A DNA stretch of 58,169 nt from Candidatus Xenobia bacterium. GTDB lineage: Bacteria; Vulcanimicrobiota; Xenobia; Xenobiales; QWHO01. Position numbers and translations under genes: made by a program. Under the pieces are notes generated by a model that was given only the letters and a program-made list of their open reading frames with translations, was not told the origin of the DNA and ran no database searches. Below, piece after piece: positions 11,589 to 20,054 of the stretch (its first letter is position 1; each line of letters begins with the position of its first letter). The DNA is taken from positions 1-58,169 of the forward strand of contig BTUM01000051.1 of assembly GCA_045863235.1 (NCBI GenBank), read 5' to 3'.

Positions 11589-12541
11589 GAATCCCCGAGT
11601 TGGAGGTGCTCTGCCCGACGAGCTGGGAAGAGGCGGTGGAGCATCTGGCGCGCCACCCGCAGGCGCGGGTGCTGGCGGGCGGAACGGATGTGCTGCCGGC
11701 CCTCAAGACGGGGCAGGTCAGAGCGAACTCCCTGGTCTCTCTGAGCCGACTGCCGGGCTTTGCGGGAATCGAGCTGAGCACCGCCGGGCTGCGACTGGGG
11801 GCGGGAACCCCCCTGGCCGAGCTGGCCCGAAGCCCGCTGGTGCCCACGGCTCTGGCCCGAGCGGCCGGTCTGGTGGCCGGCCCTCAGATTCGCCAGGCGG
11901 CCACGCTGGGCGGCAACTTGTGCCTGGATACGCGCTGCCGCTACATCAACCAGACCGACCTCTACCGCCAGGCACTGGGCGGTTGCCTCAAGTCACACGG
12001 CTCGGTCTGTCACGTGGTGGCAGGGGGCACGAGCTGCGTGGCCGCCCTTTCGGCCGATACCGTCCCGGTGCTGCTCGCACTGGACGCCGAGCTCGAGCTG
12101 GTGGGCCCGGCCGGAGGGCGCCGTCTGGCCCTGGGCGAGCTCTACAACACAGACGGTCGCCAGCACCTGAACCTCAAGCCGGGTGAGCTCTTGCGCTCGG
12201 TCCACCTGCCCCTGCCCCGGCCCTCGACCCGGGTGGTCTACCGCAAGTGGCGCCCGCGCAACAGCCTGGACTTCCCGCTGGTCTCGCTGGCCCTGCGCCT
12301 CGACCTCGATCCTCCGCGCCTGGCGGACGGCCGGCTGGTGGTGGGCGTGCTCGGCCCGCGTCCCCGGGTGCTCTCGCTTTCTCGACTGGCGGGGAGAGCC
12401 CTCGACCGCGAGCTGGCGGACGCGATCGGGCGGCTGGCCGGGGGTTGTCGGCCGTTGCCCAACGTGCCCTACGACGAGGTCTATCGCCGCCATCGACTCG
12501 AGGTGGAGGCCCGCCGGGCGGCCCTGGAGCTCATGTCTTGA
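11582..12541 (+). CDS. FAD-binding subunit of the molybdoenzyme, HcrB-like with [4Fe-4S] insertion
   Basis: LAGGTD, QIRQAATLGGNLC, and C-X15-C-X7-C-X8-C insertion. Confidence 0.88.
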
Positions 12542-13761
12542 GCGAGCTCTTGCACGACTGGAACAGCCCTGTTGCCGGCCGCGCCTTCACGCTGCTCGAC
12601 GAGACCCTGCGCGACGGCATCCAGTCTCCCTCGGTGCGCAACCCCGAGATCGAGGAGAAGCTCGAGCTGCTGCACGCGATGGAATCCTGCGGCATCCAGC
12701 ACGTGGACGTGGGTCTGCCGGGCGCGGGCGATCAGGCCGTGGCGGACGTGACCCGGCTGGTCGAGGAGATCCGCTCCCAGCGCCTGCGCATTCGCCCCAA
12801 CTGCGCCGCCCGCACTCACCCTCACGACATCCGGGCGGTGCTGCAGATCGCCCAGAGAACCGGTCATCCGATCGAGGTGTGCGCCTTTTTGGGCAGCTCG
12901 CCCATGCGCCGGCTGGTGGAGGGCTGGAGCCTGGAGCAGCTCGAGCGCTTCGTGGCCGATTCCATCGAGCTGGTGGTGGCCCACGACCTGAGCGCCAGCT
13001 TCGTGACCGAAGACACCATTCGGACCGATCCCGCCACTCTGCGACGGCTGTTCCGGGTGGCGGTGGACTCGGGCGCCACCCGCCTGGTGCTGACCGACAC
13101 CGCCGGCCACGCCACCCCCTCGGGCCTGGCCAACCTGGTGCGCTTCACCCGCGCACTGCTGGCCGAGTGGGGCTGCCGGCACGTCGAGCTCGACTGGCAC
13201 GGTCACAACGACCGCGGCCTGTCTCTCACGCTCTGCCTGAGCGCCCTCGAGGAGGGGGTGGAGCGACTGCACGGGACTTGTCTTGGCATCGGCGAGCGGG
13301 TCGGCAACGCTCCCATCGACCTCCTCATCCTCAACCTGCGCCTGCTGGGCCTGTGGCAAGGCGATCTGCGCTCATTGAGCGCCTACGTCGAGAAGGCCAG
13401 CCGCTTTCTCTCCGTGCCCATCGGCTGCAACTACCCGGCCTTCGGCAGCGATGCCTTCCGCACCAGCACCGGCGTGCACGCGGCCGCCATCTTGAAGGCG
13501 CTGCGAACCGGGCGGCCGGAGCTGGCCGACCGGATCTACTCCTCGATTCCCGCCTCCGAGCTCGGTCGCCACCAACAGGTCGAAGTGGGCTACTACAGCG
13601 GTCGGGCCAACGCCCAGATCTGGCTGGCCGAGCACGGCCTGGAGTGCGATGAGCTCCGCCAGCAGGCCATTCTCGAGCTGGCCAAGTCGAGCCGCCGCAC
13701 CTTGCCCGAAAGCGAGATCGTCGCCCACCTGACCCGGCTGGGGCTGGGAGCGCAGGCTTGA
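12538..13761 (+). CDS. LeuA-family DRE-TIM acyl-CoA condensing enzyme (isopropylmalate/homocitrate synthase-like), no regulatory domain
   Basis: DETLRDGIQ, HGHNDRGL, GIGERVGNA; TTG start overlaps the previous TGA. Confidence 0.88.
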   Translation: MSELLHDWNSPVAGRAFTLLDETLRDGIQSPSVRNPEIEEKLELLHAMESCGIQHVDVGLPGAGDQAVADVTRLVEEIRSQRLRIRPNCAARTHPHDIRAVLQIAQRTGHPIEVCAFLGSSPMRRLVEGWSLEQLERFVADSIELVVAHDLSASFVTEDTIRTDPATLRRLFRVAVDSGATRLVLTDTAGHATPSGLANLVRFTRALLAEWGCRHVELDWHGHNDRGLSLTLCLSALEEGVERLHGTCLGIGERVGNAPIDLLILNLRLLGLWQGDLRSLSAYVEKASRFLSVPIGCNYPAFGSDAFRTSTGVHAAAILKALRTGRPELADRIYSSIPASELGRHQQVEVGYYSGRANAQIWLAEHGLECDELRQQAILELAKSSRRTLPESEIVAHLTRLGLGAQA

Positions 13762-14387
13762 AACCTCGCTATCGGGGCTGGATCCACCAGCAGGCCAGCT
13801 ACCTCTCGCTGGCCGCTGGCGCCGTGCTGGTCTTCCTGGCTCCCACCCCGCGGGCCGCCCTGGCCGCTGCCATCTACTCTCTGGCACTGGTCGCCATGCT
13901 GACCGTGAGCGCCCTCTACCACCGAAGAAACTGGAGCCCGAAGCTGCGCGCCCGCATGCGCAGCCTCGACCACGCCACCATTTTCGTGCTCATCGCGGGG
14001 AGCTACACCCCCTTCTGCCTGCTCGCTCTGAAAGGAGAGATCGGGCAGCGACTGCTCGTCATCGCCTGGATGGGAGCGATTGCCGGCATCGCGCAGTCCA
14101 TCTTCTGGGTGCGCGCTCCCCGGGCGCTGACGGCCTGTCTCTATCTTGCTCTGGGCTGGCTGGTGACCCCCTACCTGCCGCTGCTGGCGCAATCGGTCGG
14201 AGCGCTGGGGCTGAGCCTGATCGCTGCCGCCGGCCTCTTCTTCACGGTAGGTGCCGTCATTTACGTGATCCGCCGGCCGAATCCGGCCCCCGCTACCTTC
14301 GGCTATCACGAGGTGTTCCACACCCTGGTCACCGCGGCATGCGGCTTCAAGTTCGCCGCGGTGGCCCTGCTGGTCACGCGGCCTTGA
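13758..14387 (+). CDS. Hemolysin III / PAQR family membrane protein
   Basis: SALYH, LDHATIFVLIAGSYTP, FGYHEVFH. Confidence 0.92.
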   Translation: MKPRYRGWIHQQASYLSLAAGAVLVFLAPTPRAALAAAIYSLALVAMLTVSALYHRRNWSPKLRARMRSLDHATIFVLIAGSYTPFCLLALKGEIGQRLLVIAWMGAIAGIAQSIFWVRAPRALTACLYLALGWLVTPYLPLLAQSVGALGLSLIAAAGLFFTVGAVIYVIRRPNPAPATFGYHEVFHTLVTAACGFKFAAVALLVTRP

Positions 14388-14435
14388 CTCAGGTCAATGC
14401 CTCCCGGGTCGTCAGGATGCTACACTTGGCGAGCG

Positions 14436-15074
14436 ATGAAGCTGTACACCCACCCTCCCTCCCCCAACTGCATCAAGGTGATGGCCGTGGCCAACCAGTT
14501 GGGCCTGACACTCGAGCAGGTCTCCATGGACCCCGCCGACTGCAGGAAGCCCGAGTATCGGGCCATCAACCCCAACCAGAAAGTGCCCACCCTGCAAGAC
14601 GAGGACTACTTTCTGTGGGAATCCAACGCCATCATGGTCTACCTGGCCCAGAAGGTTCGAGGGCATTCGCTGATCCCGGGCACGGCCCGCAACCGGGTGG
14701 AGCTGTGGCGCTGGATGTCCTGGTGCATGAGCCACTTTACGCCCACCATCCGCGTTCTCTTGCACGAGCGCATGGTCAAGCCCATGGTGCTCGGCCAGGC
14801 CACCGACGAGCTCGCGGTGAAACGTGCCGAGGCGGCCTTTCATCCCCTGGCCCGCATCCTGGACGAGCACCTGGCCGACAGGCAGTTCGTTCTGGGGCCC
14901 AAACTGAGCCTGGCCGACTTTGCCCTGGCCGCCAATCTGGTCTACTCGCACATGGCCCGCATCCCGCTCGAGCCCTACGCCAACCTGCGCGCCTGGTACG
15001 AGCGCATCGCCGCCCTGCCGAGCTGGCAGGAGGCCATTCCCGACATGATCCCGCCCGTGGTCCAAGCGCGCTGA
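14436..15074 (+). CDS. Glutathione S-transferase family protein
   Basis: MKLYTHPPSPN, INPNQKVPTL, LWESNAIMVYLA, SLADFAL. Confidence 0.92.
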   Translation: MKLYTHPPSPNCIKVMAVANQLGLTLEQVSMDPADCRKPEYRAINPNQKVPTLQDEDYFLWESNAIMVYLAQKVRGHSLIPGTARNRVELWRWMSWCMSHFTPTIRVLLHERMVKPMVLGQATDELAVKRAEAAFHPLARILDEHLADRQFVLGPKLSLADFALAANLVYSHMARIPLEPYANLRAWYERIAALPSWQEAIPDMIPPVVQAR

Positions 15075-15077
15075 GCC

Positions 15078-16295
15078 GTGCACGTCGGCGTCGTAGGGGC
15101 GGGGATGGCGGGCTGCGCGGCGGCCCGGCGGCTCAACCAGCGCGGAATCCGGGTGACCGTGCTGGAGGCGCGCGAGCGCCCGGGGGGACGCATCTGGACC
15201 GACCGCAGCCTGGGTTGCCCCATCGATCTGGGGGCCGCCTGGCTGCACGGCGCCGAGGCCAATCCGCTGAGCGCTCGCGCCCGGGGCTTCGAGCACCGGG
15301 ATACCGATGTGCTGTGCAACCTGTTCTTCAACCCTGAAGGCGCGCCCCTCACGCTGGAGCTGAGCCGCCAGGTGCAGGAGGCGGGGCTGGACCTGGCCGC
15401 CCAGGCCATGGACCTGGCTTCGCGCAGCCCCGAGCCGCTCTCGATGGCCGAGGCCATGGGTCGGGCTTTTGTGGAGGCGGGCGACCCCGCGCCCTGGCGC
15501 TCTCGCGTGCGCAGCCTGCCCATCGCCGACATGACCTGCTTTGCGGCCCGCCCCGACCCGCTCTCGGGAGCGCCTCTGGAAGGGCTGGACCGGTTTCTTC
15601 CGGGAGGTCTGGAGCAGCTCCTGGACTGGAGCTCGTGCCAGTTGCTCCTGTCCACTCCGGTCGAGGAGGTGAGCTGGAGCGGGCCGCAGGTGGAGCTGAC
15701 CACCCCCCGGGGGATCCTCTCCTTCGACCGGGTCATCCTGACGCTGCCCCTGGGAGTCTTGCAGGCGGGCCAGGTCCGCTTCGACCCTCCCCTGCCCGAC
15801 TCCAAGCGCGCCGCCATCCGGGCCCTGGGCAACGAGGTTCTCAATAAGATCGCCCTGCGCTTTGCCCGGGCCGACTGGCCGCAAGAGCCGGATTTTCTCA
15901 GCCTCAACCAGGCCGACGGGGAGACGGACGTGTTCTTCAATGGCCAGAAAGCCCTGGGTCAACCGGTGCTGGTCGGTTTCGTGGTGGGAGAGCGGGCCCG
16001 AGCCCTGGAGTCGGCCGGTGCCGAGGCGACCGTGGCCAGTCAGCTGGCCAGCCTGCGACGAGCCTTTCCGGGCCTGGGCGATCCCCTGGCCAGCGTGGTC
16101 AGCTCGTGGGGCCGCGACCCCTGCAGCCTGGGCGCCTACTGCTTGCGGCCACCAGGCGTGGACGGCGAAACGCACGACCTCCTGGCCGAGCCTGTCGGCC
16201 GTTTGCACTTTGCGGGCGAGGCCACCTGTCGCGCCTATCCGGGCAGTCTGCTGGGAGCCTGGATGAGCGGCCGGCGCGAAGCCGACCGATGTTAG
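15078..16295 (+). CDS. Flavin monoamine/polyamine oxidase family protein
   Basis: GAGMAG Rossmann motif, EARERPGGRIWT, DLGAAWLHG, LHFAGEAT. Confidence 0.88.
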   Translation: MHVGVVGAGMAGCAAARRLNQRGIRVTVLEARERPGGRIWTDRSLGCPIDLGAAWLHGAEANPLSARARGFEHRDTDVLCNLFFNPEGAPLTLELSRQVQEAGLDLAAQAMDLASRSPEPLSMAEAMGRAFVEAGDPAPWRSRVRSLPIADMTCFAARPDPLSGAPLEGLDRFLPGGLEQLLDWSSCQLLLSTPVEEVSWSGPQVELTTPRGILSFDRVILTLPLGVLQAGQVRFDPPLPDSKRAAIRALGNEVLNKIALRFARADWPQEPDFLSLNQADGETDVFFNGQKALGQPVLVGFVVGERARALESAGAEATVASQLASLRRAFPGLGDPLASVVSSWGRDPCSLGAYCLRPPGVDGETHDLLAEPVGRLHFAGEATCRAYPGSLLGAWMSGRREADRC

Positions 16296-16481
16296 GTGCA
16301 ACGGCTTTGCTGTTGCAACGCGGTCTGCAAACGGGTCCTCCACTGCGAACGGTGGTACCGGGAAATTCCCCGGTACCGGGCTGCTTCCGGGGTATACGCT
16401 GGAATACGGGCGGTACGCAGAGAGCTCGGCCGAGCCCGCCAGACGCCTCGATCGCTTTGGCAGAAATTTTTCCGCCGGCCA

Positions 16482-16509
16482 GGAACTTTCTGGCGGAGTT
16501 GGAAGTCGA
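16482..16509 (+). promoter_or_regulatory. Putative ECF sigma-factor promoter
   Basis: GGAACTT-N16-GTCGA, 7 nt upstream of GTG 16517. Confidence 0.5.
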
Positions 16510-16516
16510 CGCAGTT

Positions 16517-16852
16517 GTGAAGCGAACCCTCTGGATCTGGCTGGCCCTCCTGCTGCTGGCGCTGCCCGGCTCGACCGCCCCCTGTGGCGACGAGCCCGCC
16601 GCCGGATGCTGCTGCGCCGAGCCGTCCTCCCAGGTGGTTTGCTGCTGCGAGCCCGATGCCGGGCCCTCGCAATCGCTGGCTCCTCCCACCGCTCCCAGCG
16701 CCGAGTGCGCGCTGAGCCCGAGCGGCGAGAGAGCTTGTGTTCCCCCCGCCCCAGCCACGCTGGCGGCCTGTCAGGTCTCACGACCCGAGCCGCGGCGTGC
16801 CGACTGGTCCTCTCCCCAGTGCGCCGAGCGCGCTCCCCCTCGCTGCTCCTGA
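16517..16852 (+). CDS. Cys-rich leader protein with signal peptide and C-terminal RAPP motif (DUF2946/CruR-like arrest peptide)
   Basis: MKRTLWIWLALLLLALP; two CCC clusters; Pro-rich linker; ends AERAPPRCS*. Confidence 0.7.
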   Translation: MKRTLWIWLALLLLALPGSTAPCGDEPAAGCCCAEPSSQVVCCCEPDAGPSQSLAPPTAPSAECALSPSGERACVPPAPATLAACQVSRPEPRRADWSSPQCAERAPPRCS

Positions 16853-16913
16853 GCTGATTTCGGCTCACGCGGTGACTTGAAACAAAATCAAAAAATGGGA
16901 GTGTACGCTGATC

Positions 16914-17321
16914 ATGCGTTTTCTGAAACTGTCTCTTCTGGCCGTGGTGGCCAGCATCCTGAGCCTGGGGGCCGCCGTGGCCGCCAGCGACTGCTGCCCG
17001 AATGGAGCCTGCTGCGTTCCCGGAGCAGCCTGCTGCGAGTCGAAGGATTCCAAGGCCGCTGACTGCTGCCCCGACGGCGCCTGCTGCGCCACCAACGAAA
17101 GCTGCTGCGCTGCCAAGGCTCAGCCGACCTCTCAGGCAGCTAACTGCTGCCCCGACGGCCCCTGCTGCGCTACCAACGAGAGCTGCTGCACCGCCAAGGC
17201 CCAGCCGACCTCTCAGGCGGCTGACTGCTGCCCTGACGGCGCCTGCTGCGCCCCCGGCGCGAGCTGCTGCGAGGATGGCCAGGCCGCTCGGCCGGCCGAG
17301 CTGGCTGGCTGCTGCCGGTAG
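16914..17321 (+). CDS. Secreted metallothionein-like Cys-Cys repeat protein
   Basis: Sec signal peptide, then 13 CC pairs: four CC-P-x-G-x-CC-x5-CC units plus terminal CCR; GGGAG upstream. Confidence 0.8.
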   Translation: MRFLKLSLLAVVASILSLGAAVAASDCCPNGACCVPGAACCESKDSKAADCCPDGACCATNESCCAAKAQPTSQAANCCPDGPCCATNESCCTAKAQPTSQAADCCPDGACCAPGASCCEDGQAARPAELAGCCR

Positions 17322-17408
17322 TTCGTCGCAAGGCCTGTGGCCTTGCACTTTGCAGCGCGCTGGGTTCCTCAGATTGCCAGACCAGAGTGCGAGCACATTG
17401 GCCTCGCG

Positions 17409-17441
17409 GGGGCGCCACTCCGGATGGATTGGCGCCCCTTT
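17409..17441 (+). terminator. Terminator-like hairpin
   Basis: GGGGCGCCA...TGGCGCCCC followed by TTT; a second strong hairpin at 17447-17478. Confidence 0.45.
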
Positions 17442-17523
17442 CTCATGGAGGGGGGCGAACAGGGTTTGCCCCCCCTCCCCTAGAACCCCATTCACGCAAC
17501 CATGGAAAGGAGCCCCTGACAGT

Positions 17524-18060
17524 ATGCTTACACGCCTGACCGGACTCGTACTCGGACTGGCGCTGCTGATCACCCCGGCCTTCGCCGGCGAGGATTGCCA
17601 ACAAAAGGGCAAAGACGGCCAGAAATGCGAGCAGGGACAAACCTGCGAGCAGAGCGGCAAGGACGGCCAGTGCGACAAGAGTGGCAAAGACGGCGGAGAC
17701 TGCTGCGACAAAGCCGCCAAGGACGGTGGAGATTGCTGCGACAAGTCCAAGGAATGCCCGCCCGGCGGCAAGGACGGCTGTGGGGATTGCGCCGGCAAGG
17801 ACGGCGAGCGCGGGGCCTGCGAGAAGGCATGCGCCGAGTGGAACTACGCCGAGCCTTCCCAGTACACTCGTTGTGACCAGCACACCTGCCCCAACGATCT
17901 GGCCATGCAAGAAGGCAAGCAGCCCAAGCGCTGGGCCGCCGGCAATCCCAACTACGGCCTGACCGTAAGAAACGACTGCTGCTGGCCGGACCGCGTCGAG
18001 AACGACCGCAACGCCTGCCGCAACAACTGGAACCTCGGCATGCCCGTGTGGCCCTGGTAA
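17524..18060 (+). CDS. Secreted Cys-rich protein with KDG-containing repeats
   Basis: AAGGAG upstream, signal peptide MLTRLTGLVLGLALLITPAFA, 18 Cys, followed by a terminator. Confidence 0.8.
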   Translation: MLTRLTGLVLGLALLITPAFAGEDCQQKGKDGQKCEQGQTCEQSGKDGQCDKSGKDGGDCCDKAAKDGGDCCDKSKECPPGGKDGCGDCAGKDGERGACEKACAEWNYAEPSQYTRCDQHTCPNDLAMQEGKQPKRWAAGNPNYGLTVRNDCCWPDRVENDRNACRNNWNLGMPVWPW

Positions 18061-18079
18061 GACCCGGAGCCTCCAGGAT

Positions 18080-18104
18080 GGCCTCCCCTCGGGGAGGCCT
18101 TTTT
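18080..18104 (+). terminator. Rho-independent terminator
   Basis: GGCCTCCCC-TC-GGGGAGGCC-TTTTT. Confidence 0.75.
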
Positions 18105-18130
18105 CATGCCCTCCAAGAAGGCCCCGAGCC

Positions 18131-19057
18131 ATGAATCGACGGCAGTTCCTGGCCGCCAGCGCGGCCCTCCTGGCCGCCCCCGTGGCCCACGCGGCGCCGG
18201 TCGGCCCCCGCCCGGTTCCCCTGCCCGGAACCACGCCCGGTCGCCTGGCCCGGTTCATGGGCCCGATCTCGCGCCTGAACGTGAACGACGTGCAGATCGC
18301 CTATCGCGATTTCGGTGAAGGGCCGCCCTTGCTGCTCTTGACCGAACGCTCGACGAGCATGAGCTGGTGGCTGGCCGAGCTCCTGCAACGGCTGGCCCTC
18401 CGCTACCGGATCCTCACCATGGATTACCGGGGCGTGGGCTACTCCACCGACAATTTGGCCCTGGAAATGACCATTCCCACCCTGGCCTCTGACGCCGCCG
18501 GGCTGCTCTGGGGCCTGGGGCTCTCTTCGGCCTCGGTGGTCGGCTGGGGCCTGGGCGCCTGCGTGGGACTGACCCTGGCCCTCAATGAACCCCGCCGGCT
18601 GGAGCGTCTGGTCTTGAGCGCCGGCGACCCGGGCGGCAGCCACTCCCAGGCTCCCATCCCCGAGATCGAGACCCTGCTGGCCGATCCGAGCTCGCAGGCC
18701 GAGCAGCTCATGGCCGTCATGTTCAGCCCCGCGGCCCGCGAGGCCAAGCAGACCTTCCTGGCCAGCCTCCAGGCCATGCCCACCGAGCGCACCCCCGAGA
18801 CCACGGCCGCCCGCCAGGCCCACGCCGTGCAGCAATGGCGGGCCGACGATCGCACCCACGAACGCCTGAGCAGCCTGCGGCTGCCGGTGCTGGTTCACTA
18901 CGGAACCCGCGACGTGGTCACCCCGCCCGCCAACGGCGAGTGGCTGGCCCGGCACATCCCCGAGGCGGGTCGCGAGGCGGTGGAAGACGGGTCACACGCC
19001 TGCCTGTTTGAGCAGTGGCCAAGCTTCGCTGAGACGCTGGAGGGTTTTTTGCGCTGA
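18131..19057 (+). CDS. Tat-exported alpha/beta hydrolase-fold protein with nucleophile Ser replaced by Gly
   Basis: MNRRQFLAASAA Tat motif; DYRGVGYS; GWGLG at the nucleophile elbow; GTRD and GSH. Confidence 0.85.
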   Translation: MNRRQFLAASAALLAAPVAHAAPVGPRPVPLPGTTPGRLARFMGPISRLNVNDVQIAYRDFGEGPPLLLLTERSTSMSWWLAELLQRLALRYRILTMDYRGVGYSTDNLALEMTIPTLASDAAGLLWGLGLSSASVVGWGLGACVGLTLALNEPRRLERLVLSAGDPGGSHSQAPIPEIETLLADPSSQAEQLMAVMFSPAAREAKQTFLASLQAMPTERTPETTAARQAHAVQQWRADDRTHERLSSLRLPVLVHYGTRDVVTPPANGEWLARHIPEAGREAVEDGSHACLFEQWPSFAETLEGFLR

Positions 19058-19263
19058 CCTCGCCACGAGGCGGAACGAGCGTATGCCCTGGCAGTTTGCT
19101 CGCAAACACTTGTGGCAACTCTGCGAACCTCTGTTCGAAATTTGTACCCGAGTACAGTAGATTTGTGCTATGCTCCTAGATGGACCTTTGAGTCCGCGCG
19201 TGCGAAGTGGTGACTGCCCATGGATGAGAGTGCAGAGAACTTGCTCGGGCAGCTGAGCCCATC

Positions 19264-19518
19264 TCAATACGCCTGGCCCGGGCCGTCCACAATCCTGGCT
19301 TTGCCCGCCTCCACGCAGCGCTGAACCCAATCGTCGCGTTGGCGGTTGGCCTCCTCGATACTGGCAAACTTCAGCACCCCTCGCAGGGAAGGAGCGGCGG
19401 GGGCGAGCTGAGAGAGCTGCCAGAGAGCATCCCAACGCTGGGCCAGCCTGGGGTCTCCAGGCTCGAGCCAGCCCGCTCGCTCAGCTTCCTCGAAAGTCTG
19501 ATAGCGAATAACTGGCAT
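19264..19518 (-). CDS. Small hypothetical partner of the nucleotidyltransferase
   Basis: MPVIRYQTFEEAE...GVLKFASIEEAN; starts 2 nt after the nucleotidyltransferase stop. Confidence 0.7.
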   Translation of the reverse strand: MPVIRYQTFEEAERAGWLEPGDPRLAQRWDALWQLSQLAPAAPSLRGVLKFASIEEANRQRDDWVQRCVEAGKARIVDGPGQAY

Positions 19519-19520
19519 CC

Positions 19521-19997
19521 TCAATCGTCCTCCAACTGGAATTTCATAGCCAGGGCAGCGGCGTCCGCCTGATCCTGGGGACGCACCGTGGCCCGCTTCA
19601 TCCGAAAGAGGGTCCGCGGGGTGGCGACCCGCAACCGGACCCCCTGGACCTCGATCCACTGAGCTTCCAGGTCTTCGTATACCCACATCTCACCCAGGCG
19701 GCCCAGGATGTCGATGACGTAGTCCCCTTCAGGAGGCCCATAGCGAACCACACCCCCTTGCTCTCCGCACAGATCGGCAGCTTGAATCTCCTCGATGCTC
19801 GGGTCGTCATACACCGACCGTAAGGCAGCCTTGAGGCGCTCGACGTTGGGCACGGAAGCCTGGATGAAAAGATCGATGTCATAGGTGACCCTGGGCAAGC
19901 CCTGGGCGAAGAGGGCAAGACCGCCCACCAGCACGTAAGCCACCTCTTCCTTCTCCAGCGCAAGCCCCAGTTGGAGAAGGGCCGACAATTGCACCAC
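19521..19997 (-). CDS. Minimal nucleotidyltransferase (DUF6036/AbiEii-like)
   Basis: YVLVGGLA...PRVTYDIDL, L..MK....RPQD.AD motifs. Confidence 0.8.
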   Translation of the reverse strand: MVQLSALLQLGLALEKEEVAYVLVGGLALFAQGLPRVTYDIDLFIQASVPNVERLKAALRSVYDDPSIEEIQAADLCGEQGGVVRYGPPEGDYVIDILGRLGEMWVYEDLEAQWIEVQGVRLRVATPRTLFRMKRATVRPQDQADAAALAMKFQLEDD

Positions 19998-20054
19998 GCT
20001 TCCAAATTTCGCCGGATCCCAGCAGGATCCCACCTGCCTCACTCGGCGTTGAAC

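Noticed and set aside
16850..16852. Sec readthrough fusing the RAPP leader to the Cys-rich gene
   Set aside because: The downstream gene at 16914 is in a different frame
14412..17798. 1128-aa minus-strand ORF (also 8790..11465, 30427..33003, 5273..6991, 47871..49718)
   Set aside because: Antisense or shadow ORFs of well-supported genes, expected at high GC; no recognisable motifs
19060..19263. Possible small gene or ncRNA in this intergenic region
   Set aside because: A TATGCT -10-like box and a short ATG ORF exist, but it runs into the antisense gene and shows no clear structure
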